Below the pieces are notes generated by a model, which saw only the letters and a program-made list of their open reading frames with translations, ran no database searches and was not told the origin of the DNA. From assembly GCF_001194135.2 (NCBI RefSeq), contig NC_068984.1, positions 103,307,243-103,371,242 of the forward strand: a stretch of 64,000 nucleotides of DNA. Direction: 5' to 3'. This stretch comes from Octopus bimaculoides (taxonomy: Eukaryota). Positions within the stretch are counted from its first letter, which is position 1; every line of letters starts with the position of its first letter. Both the position numbers and the translations under genes were made by a program. Below are positions 1 to 12,174 of the stretch, piece after piece.

Positions 1-742
1 GAAAGAAGGAATCAACTCTGTTGCTCTCTACGTCGGCGGATAATTTCTGTGCGATATGAGCCTTCTATCTCAGCGTTAGATTGTGGCGTTTCATAAAACT
101 CGTACACCAGCCAGGGGATGCTTTAAAGTCGGATATACCATGTTCTTTAGTCACTTGGAGAGCCTGCAATATAATGATGTTTCTCGTGACGACAAATCCA
201 TTCGTGCATAGTTCAGTCACCCAGTCTCTCAAGATAATCTCCATCTCCTCATTAGGATACGTTCCTATCCTAATTTTCTTTAACGATTTGATGTCAACGG
301 ATTTCCTTTTCTCCTCTTTCAAATGCCAATCCTTGAACATTTTTTCTGAGACCCCAAATTCTCTTTCTGCAACTCGATTCGGATGCGACTTCGCGTATTC
401 AACAACTTTCAGCTTGAAAGTGATATCATACGAATTCCTCTTTCTCTTCATATTAACAAATAATATGGCGTCCAATTAAAGAAAGACAGGTACGGTACAA
501 AAATAAACAAGCATTAAAATATATATATATATAAAGAAATATCTAAAGATCAACTTCCGTGCACTTCTCAGCTTCAGAATTAGCGATTCGGGTTTTACCA
601 AGTGTCGGAACTTCAGACATGGCTTGAACCTAGATAATATCTGAAGATTTTTTTATAGGATGCGCTTATAAGTCGCACCCCCAACTTTAGGTGGAAATTT
701 CAGGATAAAAAAAAAGTGTGGCTTATAACCAAGTATATACAG
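1..742 (-). mobile_element. Tc2/pogo-type (TcMar) DNA transposon, left end plus 5' part of a dead transposase; runs off the window
   Basis: The minus strand reads TA|CTGTATATACTTGGTTATAAGCC from 744, a Tc2-like terminus with TA at 743-744. The subterminal motif TTATAAGTCGCACCCC lies at about 666-681. The transposase ORF is at 65-475. Confidence 0.8.
65..475 (-). pseudogene. pogo/Tc2 transposase N-terminus (Brinker-like DNA-binding domain plus CENP-B-type HTH)
   Basis: YDITFKLKVVEYAK...AEREFGVSEK is followed by LRDWV...VTRNII...FKASPGWCTSFMKRHNLTLR. After a TAG at 65-67 the frame continues as KAHIAQKL, so the stop is premature. Confidence 0.8.
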
Positions 743-1013
743 TAGTCGACAACATTGACTGAATAGCGCCATTAGACCGCCAGGTCAGATAATATTACAG
801 CAGTGTTTAATCATAGACGAGCATTAGGTTAGTTAAAATATGTTTGTGACATATTTCAACTTCTAAAGACAAATTCACTACAGTTACTGTGGAGAAAAGG
901 AATTCTCTCTTATGGTAAAAAGGTGTAAAGACTACCATGCCTGTCCATTGCTGCCCCTGTCGTATTCCCATCGGATTCTCTTCAATATTTTCCTCTGATA
1001 AAAACTACGGAGC

Positions 1014-1064
<51 letters not shown>

Positions 1065-1989
1065 CGTGGCGGCACATGTGAGATTGAGGCACTGCATCAT
1101 GTATTTGAAGGTTTGCTGATCTTGTCTTCCTCAATGTAGTTAACTGGGTGAAATGTAATCACCTGTACCCGGTAACCAATGTAGGGCTGAGAACAAGATA
1201 CTTAATGTTGACCCTTTGACCAACAAACTGTAATCCAAACCTTTTTTAACTACCTCGGTTTTCGTTACTTTGCAAGTCATTGATGTCGATATTTGGTATT
1301 TTAGAATCAGCTTATGAACCATTTTAGATTATTTTATATATTTACAACAAAATCACTGAGATACACAAATATGGAGTTTTAAAATGCAAGTTCAAAGGAA
1401 AATAACTCATAGACTTAGCTACAAAACTGAAAATATTCTAAATAGCATTGTGTATACCTTACTTAACGTTGACACCTTGTGGAAAGCCATGCGTTATACA
1501 CCTCGACAAAGCATCTCGTATAGCAGTATAGTGTTAAAAGCACAGCGGTATATATGTAGCAAACAAAAAGCATCCAGTAGTGGTAGTGGAATTGCTAAAT
1601 CCAAACTTCAGCTTCTTTGAACGTCACCAGTAGCAACTATCCCCTAGCAACTGCATGCTTAGACAAATGAAGCCTCAACTGATATATAAAAACAGTGATT
1701 TACGAATCACTGGTATCGCAAATAGTCAAACACGTTGTATAAAAAATTATTTGCTACAGAAGCAGTATTAACTCAAAATAGTATTCTGTATATCTTACTC
1801 AACGTAGATATACTGTAGAAAACAACAAAACTGCGACATTAGTCTCGGGAAAACATCTTGTGTAGACGTATAGTGCTAAAAGCACAGAAGTATGCCAGAA
1901 ACAGAGGAAAAGCGTACAGAAGAGGCTGTGGAAGTACTAAATCCATATTTCTCTTTCCTATTCTTTTATATTTCTCTTCGAATCCGAAC

Positions 1990-2190
1990 CCCAAAACAAG
2001 AGTCAACAAGGGAGCCTGAACTTAGTCAATCGACCTGCTAGAAATAATGGTCAAATACCCTCCAGACTATATTCAACAGATTGGGTTTTTTAAATAATGT
2101 AGTACACTCTTTCTGTAAATGGTACGAGATGGTCATTGTTTGAATTATATGTCCGTTTGATCACGACTCATTTGGGAGCTAAACAACAGC
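1990..2190 (-). repeat. Interspersed repeat fragment; related pieces at about 17060-17150, 23600-23660 and 44490-44690
   Basis: Shared motifs GCTATTTCTAGCAGGTC and (G/A)TGACCAT(C)CCTGTC/CGT occur among these loci. Confidence 0.4.
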
Positions 2191-2735
2191 AACAACAACA
2201 ACAGAAACAACAACAGCAACAATAACAGTAACAACAACAGCAAAAAAAAAACGAAATTTAATATGAGCTCAAAGCTTCCAAAACGGTAGTTCCTAACGCT
2301 TTTACAGAATTCACTTCCCTAAGTTAGCAGAGTGGAATAGTTAATAGCAGCCTCGACCAAAATTGAATTCCATCCACGAATGAGAGGAACGCCGAAATTC
2401 CAGAAGGTTCGACAATTTATTATCACGAAAATTAAAAACAAAAATCCGCTATTTCGATTCGGTAATAATTCACTTCAAGCATTGATGTCCTCTCAACTGA
2501 AATTATCATGGGGCAAACCGTTTCATTGCAGACGCCTTTCGCTTACCTTATCACAGACAATTCCAGCATACTGCAGTGTGTTGCACAAATGCTAATGATG
2601 CACTTGATATTCCAAAGCAGTCAACCTGTTTTGTGGCTGATTGTCTTCTAAGCAGAGATAAAAATGACAGACAAATATTGCTGGAATTCACTTCCAAAAG
2701 CATACAAGATATTCGCAACGATTTGACAAAATAGA

Positions 2736-2803
<68 letters not shown>
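2736..2803. repeat. (AAT)n microsatellite
   Basis: Perfect AAT run. Confidence 0.95.
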
Positions 2804-3500
2804 GGAATAAATAAATAAATAAATAAATGAAACAAAACACGAAGGGGAACTGAAGGAACCATCTTGATAAAATTATAACGAATTACATTAAAATGATTAA
2901 AGCTTAAAGATTAGAGTTTTATATGCTAAAAAATGATTAAATTAATGCGAACATTCCACCACACACACTCACACACGCACACACGCACACGCACACATAC
3001 ACACATACGCACGCACGCACTCATATACACGCGCTCGCGCACAAACACATACATACACACGCGTATTTCATGCTATAAATTGCAAGAAAAGGATTCAATT
3101 GATTGGAGACTGAAGGACAGAAGGAAGGAAGGAAGGAAGGAAGGAAGGAAGGATAGATGGATGGATGGATGGATGGATGGATGGATGGATGGAACGAACG
3201 AACGAACGAACGGAATGAAGAAAGCGAAGGAAGGAAGATACAAAGAGAGAAAAGGAGAAAGAAAGAAAGAAAGTAAGTAAGAAAGAAAGAAAAGGAGAGA
3301 GAAATAAAAAAGAACGAAAACAGGAAGGAAGGGAGAGTGGGGTGGAAGAAAAGAAAGAAGGAGGGAATGAAATGGAAACTGGACATTTTCAAAAGTCAAT
3401 AGAACCTTTTGAGATAAAGCTGAAATTCTAGGTTGCGTAACTGAAGTTGATTACAGTTGCATGACAAGGATTTGTGAGAGAATAAATATTCCTTTCTGCT

Positions 3501-3917
3501 ATAGCCATAAGGCCTGAAATTTGTTGGGAATGGGACAGTCGATTACATCGACCCCACTGTTTGTTTGGTACTTTTTTTCTCGACTCCGAAAGGATGAAAG
3601 GCGAAGTCGACCTCGGTGGAATTTGAACTCAAAACGTAAAAACAAACGAAATGCCGCTAACCATTTTGTCCGACGTGCTAACGATCCTGCCAGCTCGTTC
3701 ACTTTGAGACCATAAATACTGGTTTCAAATCTTGGCACAGGACTAACAATTTCGATTACATTGACCTTAGTGCTCAACTGATACTTATTTTACCGACCCC
3801 GAAAGGATTAAAGGCAAAGTCGATCTCGGCTGAATTTGAACTCAGAACGTAAGGGCGGACGAAATGCAGCAAAGCATTTTGCCCGGCCTGCTAACGATTC
3901 AGCCAACTCACCGCCTT
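3501..3917 (-). mobile_element. Two tandem copies of tRNA-derived SINE family A (Octopus OK-like) at 3501-3704 and 3717-3917, plus a head fragment to about 3965
   Basis: The minus-strand head is AAGGCGG(T/C)GAG(C/T)TGGC..AATCGTTAGCA..., with a B-box-like GAGTTCAAAT and body GTCGAC..TTTCATCCTTTCGG. The family recurs throughout the window. Confidence 0.85.
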
Positions 3918-4673
3918 AAGTATTTTTCCCGTTAGACTAACAATTCTGCCAGCTGACCGCCTTAATATTAACAGTAAATTTAGCAACAATGGTGGTAACA
4001 AAGAATTAGCTAATATGTTTTAGAATCAAGTACAGGAAGAAAAAGAAGAAGAAGAAGAAGAAGAGGAAGGAGAAGAAGAATAAGTTTGTAATTTTTATAG
4101 ATATAGGTTCGAGTCTCACGAAAAGCCTTCAACTTTTTCTGTCCCAAAGGGTTTTCTAACCAAATATTTACATGCTATTATTTATAGCATTATCTACTTC
4201 GATTTCTAGTTAAAAATGAATTATTTCACGTTTTCTCGAAATTTCTAAATTTCTATGACGTAAACAACTTGCAAGAGCAACTGGTAAGAGCAAGTTTTCT
4301 AAAATGAATAGAGAATTTCGAAAGATTACTTTGATCCAGTGTATACTGGAGATGAGGGTACAAATCCCACCAGCAGCCTTTGACTTTTTCTATCCAAAGT
4401 GGTTTTTAATCCATTATTATTTATATTATAGGAGAGTATTGTAGTTCGCTTGAAGCATTATAATTTATAGCTTTATGTATTTCGTGTTTTGCAGTTAAAA
4501 ACAATTAGAATAACAAGACTATCTATACATGTTCTTACTCCGTTCTTTCTATTCTAACAATTGAGGCGTTAGAATAGAAACAAGCTTGGATTTTTGTGGT
4601 GGCATAAGACACACATATAGAACTTCATTTTAAATATATATATAAGTTATAAATATTGCCACTATTTCCTATT

Positions 4674-4675
<2 letters not shown>

Positions 4676-4756
<81 letters not shown>

Positions 4757-5287
4757 GGAGAGAGGGGGAAGAGAGATAAAGAGAGAGAGATAAAGAGAGA
4801 GAGATAAAGAGAGAAAGAGAGAAAGAGAGAGAGATAAAGAGAGAGAGATAAAGGGAGAGAGATAAAGAGAGAGAGATAAAGGGAGAGAGATAAGAGAGAG
4901 AGAGAGATAAAGAGAGAGAGAGATAAAGAGAGAGAGAGAGATAAAGAGAGAGATAAAGAGAGAGAGATAAAGAGAGAGAGATAAAGAGAGAGAGATAAAG
5001 AGAGAAGGAGATAAAGAGAGAGAGAGATAGAGAGAGAGAGAGATAAAGGGAGAGAGATAAAGAGAGAGAGATAAAGAGAGAGAGAGAGAGAGAGATAAAG
5101 AGAGAGAGAGAGAGATAAAGAGAGAGAAAGAGAGAGAGAGAGAGAGATAAAGAGAGAGATAAAGAGAGAGAGAGATAAAGAGAGAGAGAGATAAAGAGAG
5201 AGAGAGATAAAGAGAGAGAGAGATAAAGAGAGAGAGAGATAAAGAGAGAGAGAGATAAAGAGAGAGAGAGATAAAGAGAGAGAGGGG
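4676..5287. repeat. (GATA)n followed by a compound (GA)nTAAA microsatellite
   Basis: Seen directly. It explains the SL-repeat ORFs. Confidence 0.95.
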
Positions 5288-5914
5288 GGAGAAAGAGTAC
5301 AGGCACATCGTGTCTAGTGACGTAATAAGTAATAAAATAAGTGCTCATGTTGACTAATCACCTAAAATTACAACTTGAACTGCGACTAAAACGAAATGGT
5401 ACGGTAGCTGCCTAGAAATGAATGGCTATAAGTGGTTTACCTTTGAGCGGGTTCATGTACAGTAGAAAGAATGAACAAGCAAAGGATTGGTATCAGTTTA
5501 GAGCATAGAATTTATATATTTGCGGAACCAAATATTTACGAACACTGAGAACTCAACACAAAATGTCCTGTTGCGTTGTTAGGAATCAGCTTGGCCTCTC
5601 ACAAAAAGAACTTACATTTAACTCGAAGAAAAATCATACATATAAACAACTGTGTGTGTATATGTATGTGCATACGTGAGTGAAGATATATATAATGTAT
5701 AAAACAAGTTATAAATAATGACTATTGAATATTTTCCCTTTATTAGAGTAAATTTGGCTTACAGTTGTTTCCAGTTGTCATTACAGGTACGTTACTGATA
5801 GGTTGCTCACTAATAGCTCTGTTATATAAAATGTATATATGTATGTACATACGTATGTATGACTGAGTGAGATACTTGAATAGATATACGAAAAGATCCG
5901 AGCACACACACGCT

Positions 5915-5948
<34 letters not shown>

Positions 5949-6005
5949 CGATTGTGTTTGTGTGTGTGAGTCTATGCGTGTGTATGTTTGTAAGAATGTA
6001 TGCAC

Positions 6006-6050
<45 letters not shown>

Positions 6051-6056
6051 CATACA

Positions 6057-6090
<34 letters not shown>

Positions 6091-6717
6091 CATACATACA
6101 TACAGAAAGGGAGAGAGAGAGAGGGGGGGGATGCTTCTTTTATGTAAAAGTTCATTAGTGAATGTGTGTGTATACGTGCGTGTATATATATATATATATA
6201 TATANNNNNNNNNNNNNNNNNNNNNNNNNNNNNNNNNNNNNNNNNNNNNNNNNNNNNNNNNNNNNNNNNNNNNNNNNNNNNNNNNNNNNNNNNNNNNNNN
6301 NNNNNNNNNNNNNNNNNNNNNNNNNNNNNNNNNNNNNNNNNNNNNNNNNNNNNNNNNNNNNNNNNNNNNNNNNNNNNNNNNNNNNNNNNNNNNNNNNNNN
6401 NNNNNNNNNNNNNNNNNNNNNNNNNNNNNNNNNNNNNNNNNNNNNNNNNNNNNNNNNNNNNNNNNNNNNNNNNNNNNNNNNNNNNNNNNNNNNNNNNNNN
6501 NNNNNNNNNNNNNNNNNNNNNNNNNNNNNNNNNNNNNNNNNNNNNNNNNNNNNNNNNNNNNNNNNNNNNNNNNNNNNNNNNNNNNNNNNNNNNNNNNNNN
6601 NNNNNNNNNNNNNNNNNNNNNNNNNNNNNNNNNNNNNNNNNNNNNNNNNNNNNNNNNNNNNNNNNNNNNNNNNNNNNNNNNNNNNNNNNNNNNNNNNNNN
6701 NNNNNNNNNNNNNNNNN

Positions 6718-6751
<34 letters not shown>

Positions 6752-7303
6752 TGGCACTCGGAAATCTATACATGTATATGTGATGTGTGTATATTCATGT
6801 GCATGTAGATGTGTGTATGCATTCAACTCTCATTGACCGATAATATTGATTTTGAAAGATGATACGTTAAGGCAAATATCAATATAATATTTGACAGAGA
6901 TTCATCAATGGACGCACCAGTATTATTCTGACGTCTATAAATCATCTAAATCTGATTGATACGGAAACAAACATTGATAGAGCTTTAGTATTTATCAACT
7001 AGATTGTTTCATCACCATCAATATCAGTGTACTAGAAAGTAATTCTGAGATAAAACTATGTCAGCCCCTTCGTAAACCGTTTCAAAACGAGAGAGAAAGA
7101 GAGAGATTTCATGACGCGGCAGTTCGAAGAGATGTAAATCTCAGATATATGGAAGACGAAGATATACATTGTAATTCGTGTATCATTATATAAATACTTA
7201 CATACACGCATGCGCGCACACACACACACGCACACACAAACACACACACACACATACACACACACACACGAGCCGTCCGCGCACACACACGTGTACACTT
7301 TAT

Positions 7304-7481
7304 AGACATAGGCGTGACTGGGTGGTAAGAAGCTTGCTTCCCAGCCACATGGTTCCGGGTTCAGTCCCACTGCGTGGTGCCTCGAGCAAGTGCTCTGTAC
7401 TATATACTCGGACTGACCAAAGCCTTGTAAGGGAATTTGTTAGATGGAAACTGAAAGAAGCCCGTCGTGTACATATGCACA

Positions 7482-7516
<35 letters not shown>

Positions 7517-7985
7517 CAATGTTAAATCTCTGAACGAGGTATTAACAGTAACTGCACGACAATGTGAAGTATATTTGCCACTTAAATGTGGCTGACCCCT
7601 AAGGGTGGATGTTACTGTTGCTTTTAGCCCCAGGAGAACATCTCCTCCGGTTAGCTATTGACACACATCTGTGTCCTGTCTGTATTTGCAAAGGGAAGTC
7701 ATCCTTCCCATCTTGATCTGCGATACGTACGGACTCGAGTTTCTGGGTATTTACCCGTCTTCAGCGTATGACAATCGTACATGCATATATAAATGCATGT
7801 CTATCTTTTTGTCTATGTTTGTCCCCCACCACCGCTTGACAACGGGTATTAGGGTGTTTACGTCCCCGATTACCATGATCAAAAAAGAAATAAGTACTTG
7901 GGGCGATTTATTCGAGAAAAATTCTTCAAGGTGGTGCCCCAGCATGGCTGCAGTCAGATGACGGAATCAAGTCAAGGATAAGAGA
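7304..7985 (+). mobile_element. tRNA-derived SINE family B with an internal microsatellite, interrupted by an insertion at about 7515-7785
   Basis: Head GGCGTGACTGGGTGGTAAGAAGCTTGCTTCCC...CCGGGTTCAGTCCC. Body GGAAACTGAAAGAAGCCCGTCG. Tail CCCAGCATGGCTGCAGTC. It matches copies at 11.7, 23.8, 49.1 and 58.6 kb. Confidence 0.85.
7726..7770 (-). ncRNA. Minimal type I hammerhead ribozyme motif with canonical CUGAAGA/GAAA core and GUC site
   Basis: The minus strand reads CATACG CTGAAGA C GGGT AAAT ACCC A GAAAC TCGA GTC CGTACG. Helix I pairs 5 of 6, helix II is GGGT/ACCC, and helix III is the palindrome ACTCGAGT. Confidence 0.8.
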
Positions 7986-8739
7986 TGAAATATATGCGAA
8001 TGTCTGTGAATACTGTGTTGTGGAGAAAACAACGTCAGTTATGACATGCGCAGAGAAATGGAATTCTGCATACAGTTAAACAACTGACGTTGGTTTAGAT
8101 CATGGCATTTATATAACTAGAAAGGTGTGCACATTTTCTTATATCCTTACTGCTTTATTTTATTATTTCTTGTGATCTATTCTACTGTGTTTAAAAATAT
8201 AAATTCTTTGTTTTTGAATATATAAATGCCACGGTCTAAACCGATGCCAGTTGTTTGCCTGTGCATAGTTTCATTCTGCCGTACCGCCTATAGTAATACA
8301 TTGCTAAGCAGCTCCAACACCATTTTGTTTTAGTCACAGTTCAAATCGGAGTTTTAGGTAGTAAGTTAACTTGAGCATATATTGTAAATACCTATTACAT
8401 TACGTCATTAGACGCAATTTTATCTGAACTCTATGAATTTATATATATGTACATATGTATATACTTGTATATATGTATGTATGTATGATTGTGTGTGCAT
8501 GTTTCCTTTCCCTCATTGTAGTTTTAGTCTTCCTTTTCACTCTACATTTCCTTGGTCATGTTACAAGGAACTAAAGAAAAGATAATTCAAAAACAAAAAT
8601 GGGTTCCTATTCTTTTTTGTCGCTCTTTACTCAACCATTCGAGTTTTAAACCTAATGAGGGTCTTACAGATTAATATCGTGATTATCTGTTATGTATGAA
8701 TAATAGAACAATGTCCTTCCACTGAGAAGATGCCATACT

Positions 8740-9070
8740 TTGATCCAAGCGAGTTGGTACATACCTTATCGGTCCATTAATAATGGATGTAAAACAGCGT
8801 GGAATTTTGTTGATAGATATTTTAGAACTCATCATCACTGCTTCATAGATGTCTTCTTTCACTGTTATTTTCTTCAATACGTTGGCATCAAAAGAGCAGC
8901 TCATCCAACAACAGATCACGCTTATTTTGTGGCCCCAAATAACAATATCAGGTGGGTTGTGTTTTAATTTGGTCGTAGTGTTTATTCTTAGACTCCAACG
9001 ATTTTCTTTTAATCCAATGATTTTAGTGTGTTTAGCTTTTACTTTATATTCCTGTATTGGAGACGGTTGC
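8740..9070 (-). mobile_element. Decayed restriction-like endonuclease (RLE) fragment of an R4/R2-type non-LTR retrotransposon
   Basis: The translation KLKHNPPDIVIW...CSFDANVLKKITVKEDIY matches the RLE pattern (R)PD...E...K..KY. Confidence 0.55.
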
Positions 9071-10053
9071 TCTGGCTACTACATCATACTTCATAGAAAG
9101 GTAGTTTCTAGAGGACTTTCTTTTACAATTGGCAATAAAGTAACTAATGTCTTTGGTTTGGGTTTTGTATAACCTATACTTAATATCCGCCGGTGTTTAG
9201 CCTTGCTTTTTTTCTGTAGAAGTTAATTGACGGTTATTTCTTGTTCTTTGGTTGGATTAAGACAATACTCAATCTCGGATGTCATAATCTTATTCGTTTT
9301 AGGAGCCATGTTTTTCGTTTCAAGTGTTCATGTACATACCTTCTAAGCGAACAATCAATTTTTTAAATATTTTCTTGTTCCAATAAGGAGGAGTTTCCAA
9401 GATTCGGTGGGAGGAAATCTGTTCCATCCTTTATTTTACGTTTCTTTTAGCTTTATTAATTATCCCAACGATAGGTCTTATTTTCGTACACAAAAACTTA
9501 AGCGACAGAGAGAGAGGGGGGAGAGGGGGAGAGAGAAAGAGAGAGAGGGAGAGAGAGAGAGGGAGAGAGAGAGGGAGAGAGAGNNNNNNNNNNNNNNNNN
9601 NNNNNNNNNNNNNNNNNNNNNNNNNNNNNNNNNNNNNNNNNNNNNNNNNNNNNNNNNNNNNNNNNNNNNNNNNNNNNNNNNNNNNNNNNNNNNNNNNNNN
9701 NNNNNNNNNNNNNNNNNNNNNNNNNNNNNNNNNNNNNNNNNNNNNNNNNNNNNNNNNNNNNNNNNNNNNNNNNNNNNNNNNNNNNNNNNNNNNNNNNNNN
9801 NNNNNNNNNNNNNNNNNNNNNNNNNNNNNNNNNNNNNNNNNNNNNNNNNNNNNNNNNNNNNNNNNNNNNNNNNNNNNNNNNNNNNNNNNNNNNNNNNNNN
9901 NNNNNNNNNNNNNNNNNNNNNNNNNNNNNNNNNNNNNNNNNNNNNNNNNNNNNNNNNNNNNNNNNGAGAGGTGGGGTTGATAGTTGCTATCTTTTATTCT
10001 CTGCTTTAGATGTTATCTAAATCTACAGTAGACCAAGAAAACAGAGCAACTCC

Positions 10054-10109
<56 letters not shown>

Positions 10110-10725
10110 CTCACAATATTAAAATCTGCGTTTAATATGATATTAATAGAGATCTAATACCACAGCAGAATTCCTTGCTTGAGAAGTAGAATCCATCTAC
10201 AACACCTTCGATATTCAACTTTCCAGAAATTGGCAGCAGTTTCTTAGTTGTTACCGCTATTTCGCTAAGTTCATGTACTGCTCGATTCCGAGGACGAAAT
10301 GTTCAGATAGATACTGAAAATATGTTGTGACCGGTATGCTCCTTGTAGGCTGAACAGATCTCTTGATCATATTATATTTACTCTCTTTATGTATTCATTT
10401 CTCGACGCTCTCTTCTGAATAATATTATTCAGAAGAGAGCCATCACATTGTTTTATGTAACGCATCGTCAGGCCGTTTGTGTAATCTGTTTTTCAGGGAA
10501 CAAGTTTTCCTCATCTAACTATTAAAAAAATGCATATATGAACCAAACAAATTAAATTCCATTGTCTGTGAAATATCGGGTGATGATCTCCATTTTTTTA
10601 AAGTCAATATTTGATCTATACAACTTCAAGCTGTTTATAAAGCATAGGTGAGAAATGTTTCTGGATTCAGGATATTCATCTTTATAAGCACACTAACTGA
10701 TGAGCAGGAATGACAAACGGTTTAA

Positions 10726-10905
10726 CCCCTTGTTTTAATTAATTTTGAAAATAATGAAGAATTTAGTAAAATTGCTTCGTTGTTAATAAACTGATGTTTG
10801 GAACATTAGCATGAGATTTTAATAGATTTCAATTTAGATTACATTTGAAACAGGAAGTTAGTGCTAAAGAACCAATGGGCATAGAACCAGAGCTTTAACA
10901 AGGGG
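10726..10905. mobile_element. piggyBac-like MITE
   Basis: TTAA at 10722-10725 is followed by CCCCTTGTT. The right end is AACAAGGGG followed by ATAA (a mutated TTAA). Confidence 0.55.
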
Positions 10906-11200
10906 ATAAAAAGCAGTACTGACAAGATATCATCTCACAGGATCATATCTTTTTGACAATCTATGATGTCATATTTGAATGGTTTGTTCTCACTTGTGAG
11001 AACTAAAGTGATGTGCCAAGACTTGATTAGGTGCTGATTAGCAGCTACCATTGGTTTTGGAACTTTTGGATAATTGTGATGGTTTGAAAATATACCACCC
11101 ACAATATGAGATACCATCAAAGACTCTCTGGTAGTTCGACAATACTACAGTTAAGTTCTTGTGGTTCTTTACTATTTTTGTTCATTAATTCGAAGCTGTT

Positions 11201-11372
11201 AGGCGGTGAGCTGACACAATCGATAGTCTTTAAGTTCTGAGTCCCAAATCCACCGAGCTCTACTTTGCCTTTCATCTTTTCGAAGTCGATAAGCTAAGGA
11301 CTAGTTGATCACTGGGATCGACTTACACACTCTCCCGAAATTGCTGGCTTTGAGCCAAAATTTGAAACCATT
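11201..11372 (+). mobile_element. SINE family A copy with an internal deletion
   Basis: AGGCGGTGAGCTGACACAATCG...TTTGCCTTTCATC...CCAAAATTTGAAACC. Confidence 0.75.
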
Positions 11373-11678
11373 ACTTAGAAGCTGCTCTCTGCTTCCCACA
11401 TTCCCGTAGATGCTATAATGTTATTGGTGGTATCATGATCCTGCAAACACAAATTCAGACGTTCGGTGTACATCTTATTTATGTTGCTCTGCCTGAATGT
11501 TCGTTGATAGCTTTTTAGTTTGAGTGGTTTGACTATTTTGGGGAATTAAAAGGACAGGGAGAGCTGACAACCAGTTGAGTACGTTTAACGTACCTTTGTA
11601 TATATGTATGTGTTTGTGTATGAATGCATATATGTGTGTGTGCGTGTATCTATGTATGTATATACGTTTGATTGTATG

Positions 11679-12070
11679 TATTCTTTTATTCTTTTATTTC
11701 AGTCATTTTTGACTGCGGCCATGCTGGAGCACCGCCTTTAGTCGAGCAAATCGAACTTATTCTTTGTAAGCCTAGTGCTTACTCTATCGGTCTCTTTTGC
11801 TGAACTGCTAGGTTACGGGGATGTAAACGCACCAGCATCAGTTGTCAAGCGATGTTGGAGGGGACAAACACAGACACGCAAACATATATACACATACAAA
11901 TATATACATATATACGACGGGCTGCTTTTAGTTTCCGTCTACCAAATTCACTCACAAGGCTTTGGTCGGCCCAAGGCTATAGTAGAAGACACTTATCCAA
12001 GGTGCCACACAATGGGACTGAACCCGGAACCATCTGGTTGGTAAGCAAGCAACTTACCACACAACCACTC
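11679..12070 (-). mobile_element. SINE family B copy
   Basis: Reverse complement of the family B head, body and tail. Confidence 0.85.
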
Positions 12071-12111
12071 ATATGTATGAATATTTGCAATTATGTATGA
12101 ATATGTGTGAG

Positions 12112-12143
<32 letters not shown>

Positions 12144-12174
12144 CACGCGCGCGCCCACGCGTGTGTGCGTATTT

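Noticed and set aside
4100-4500. Two loosely similar units about 250 bp apart, one with a B-box-like GGTTCGAGTCTC
   Set aside because: Too degenerate to classify; probably an old internally repeated element.
4662-5348. SL/YL-repeat ORFs and the many CV/HT/YI-repeat ORFs elsewhere
   Set aside because: They are translations of microsatellites with no coding evidence.
5781-6836. Long ORFs spanning N runs (also at 9.4, 21.2, 30-31, 53-54.7 and 61.6-62.7 kb)
   Set aside because: They are open only because of assembly gaps and (TA)n repeats.
10697-10730. CTGATGA followed by CAAAC
   Set aside because: There is no helix II and no GAAA, so it is not a hammerhead.
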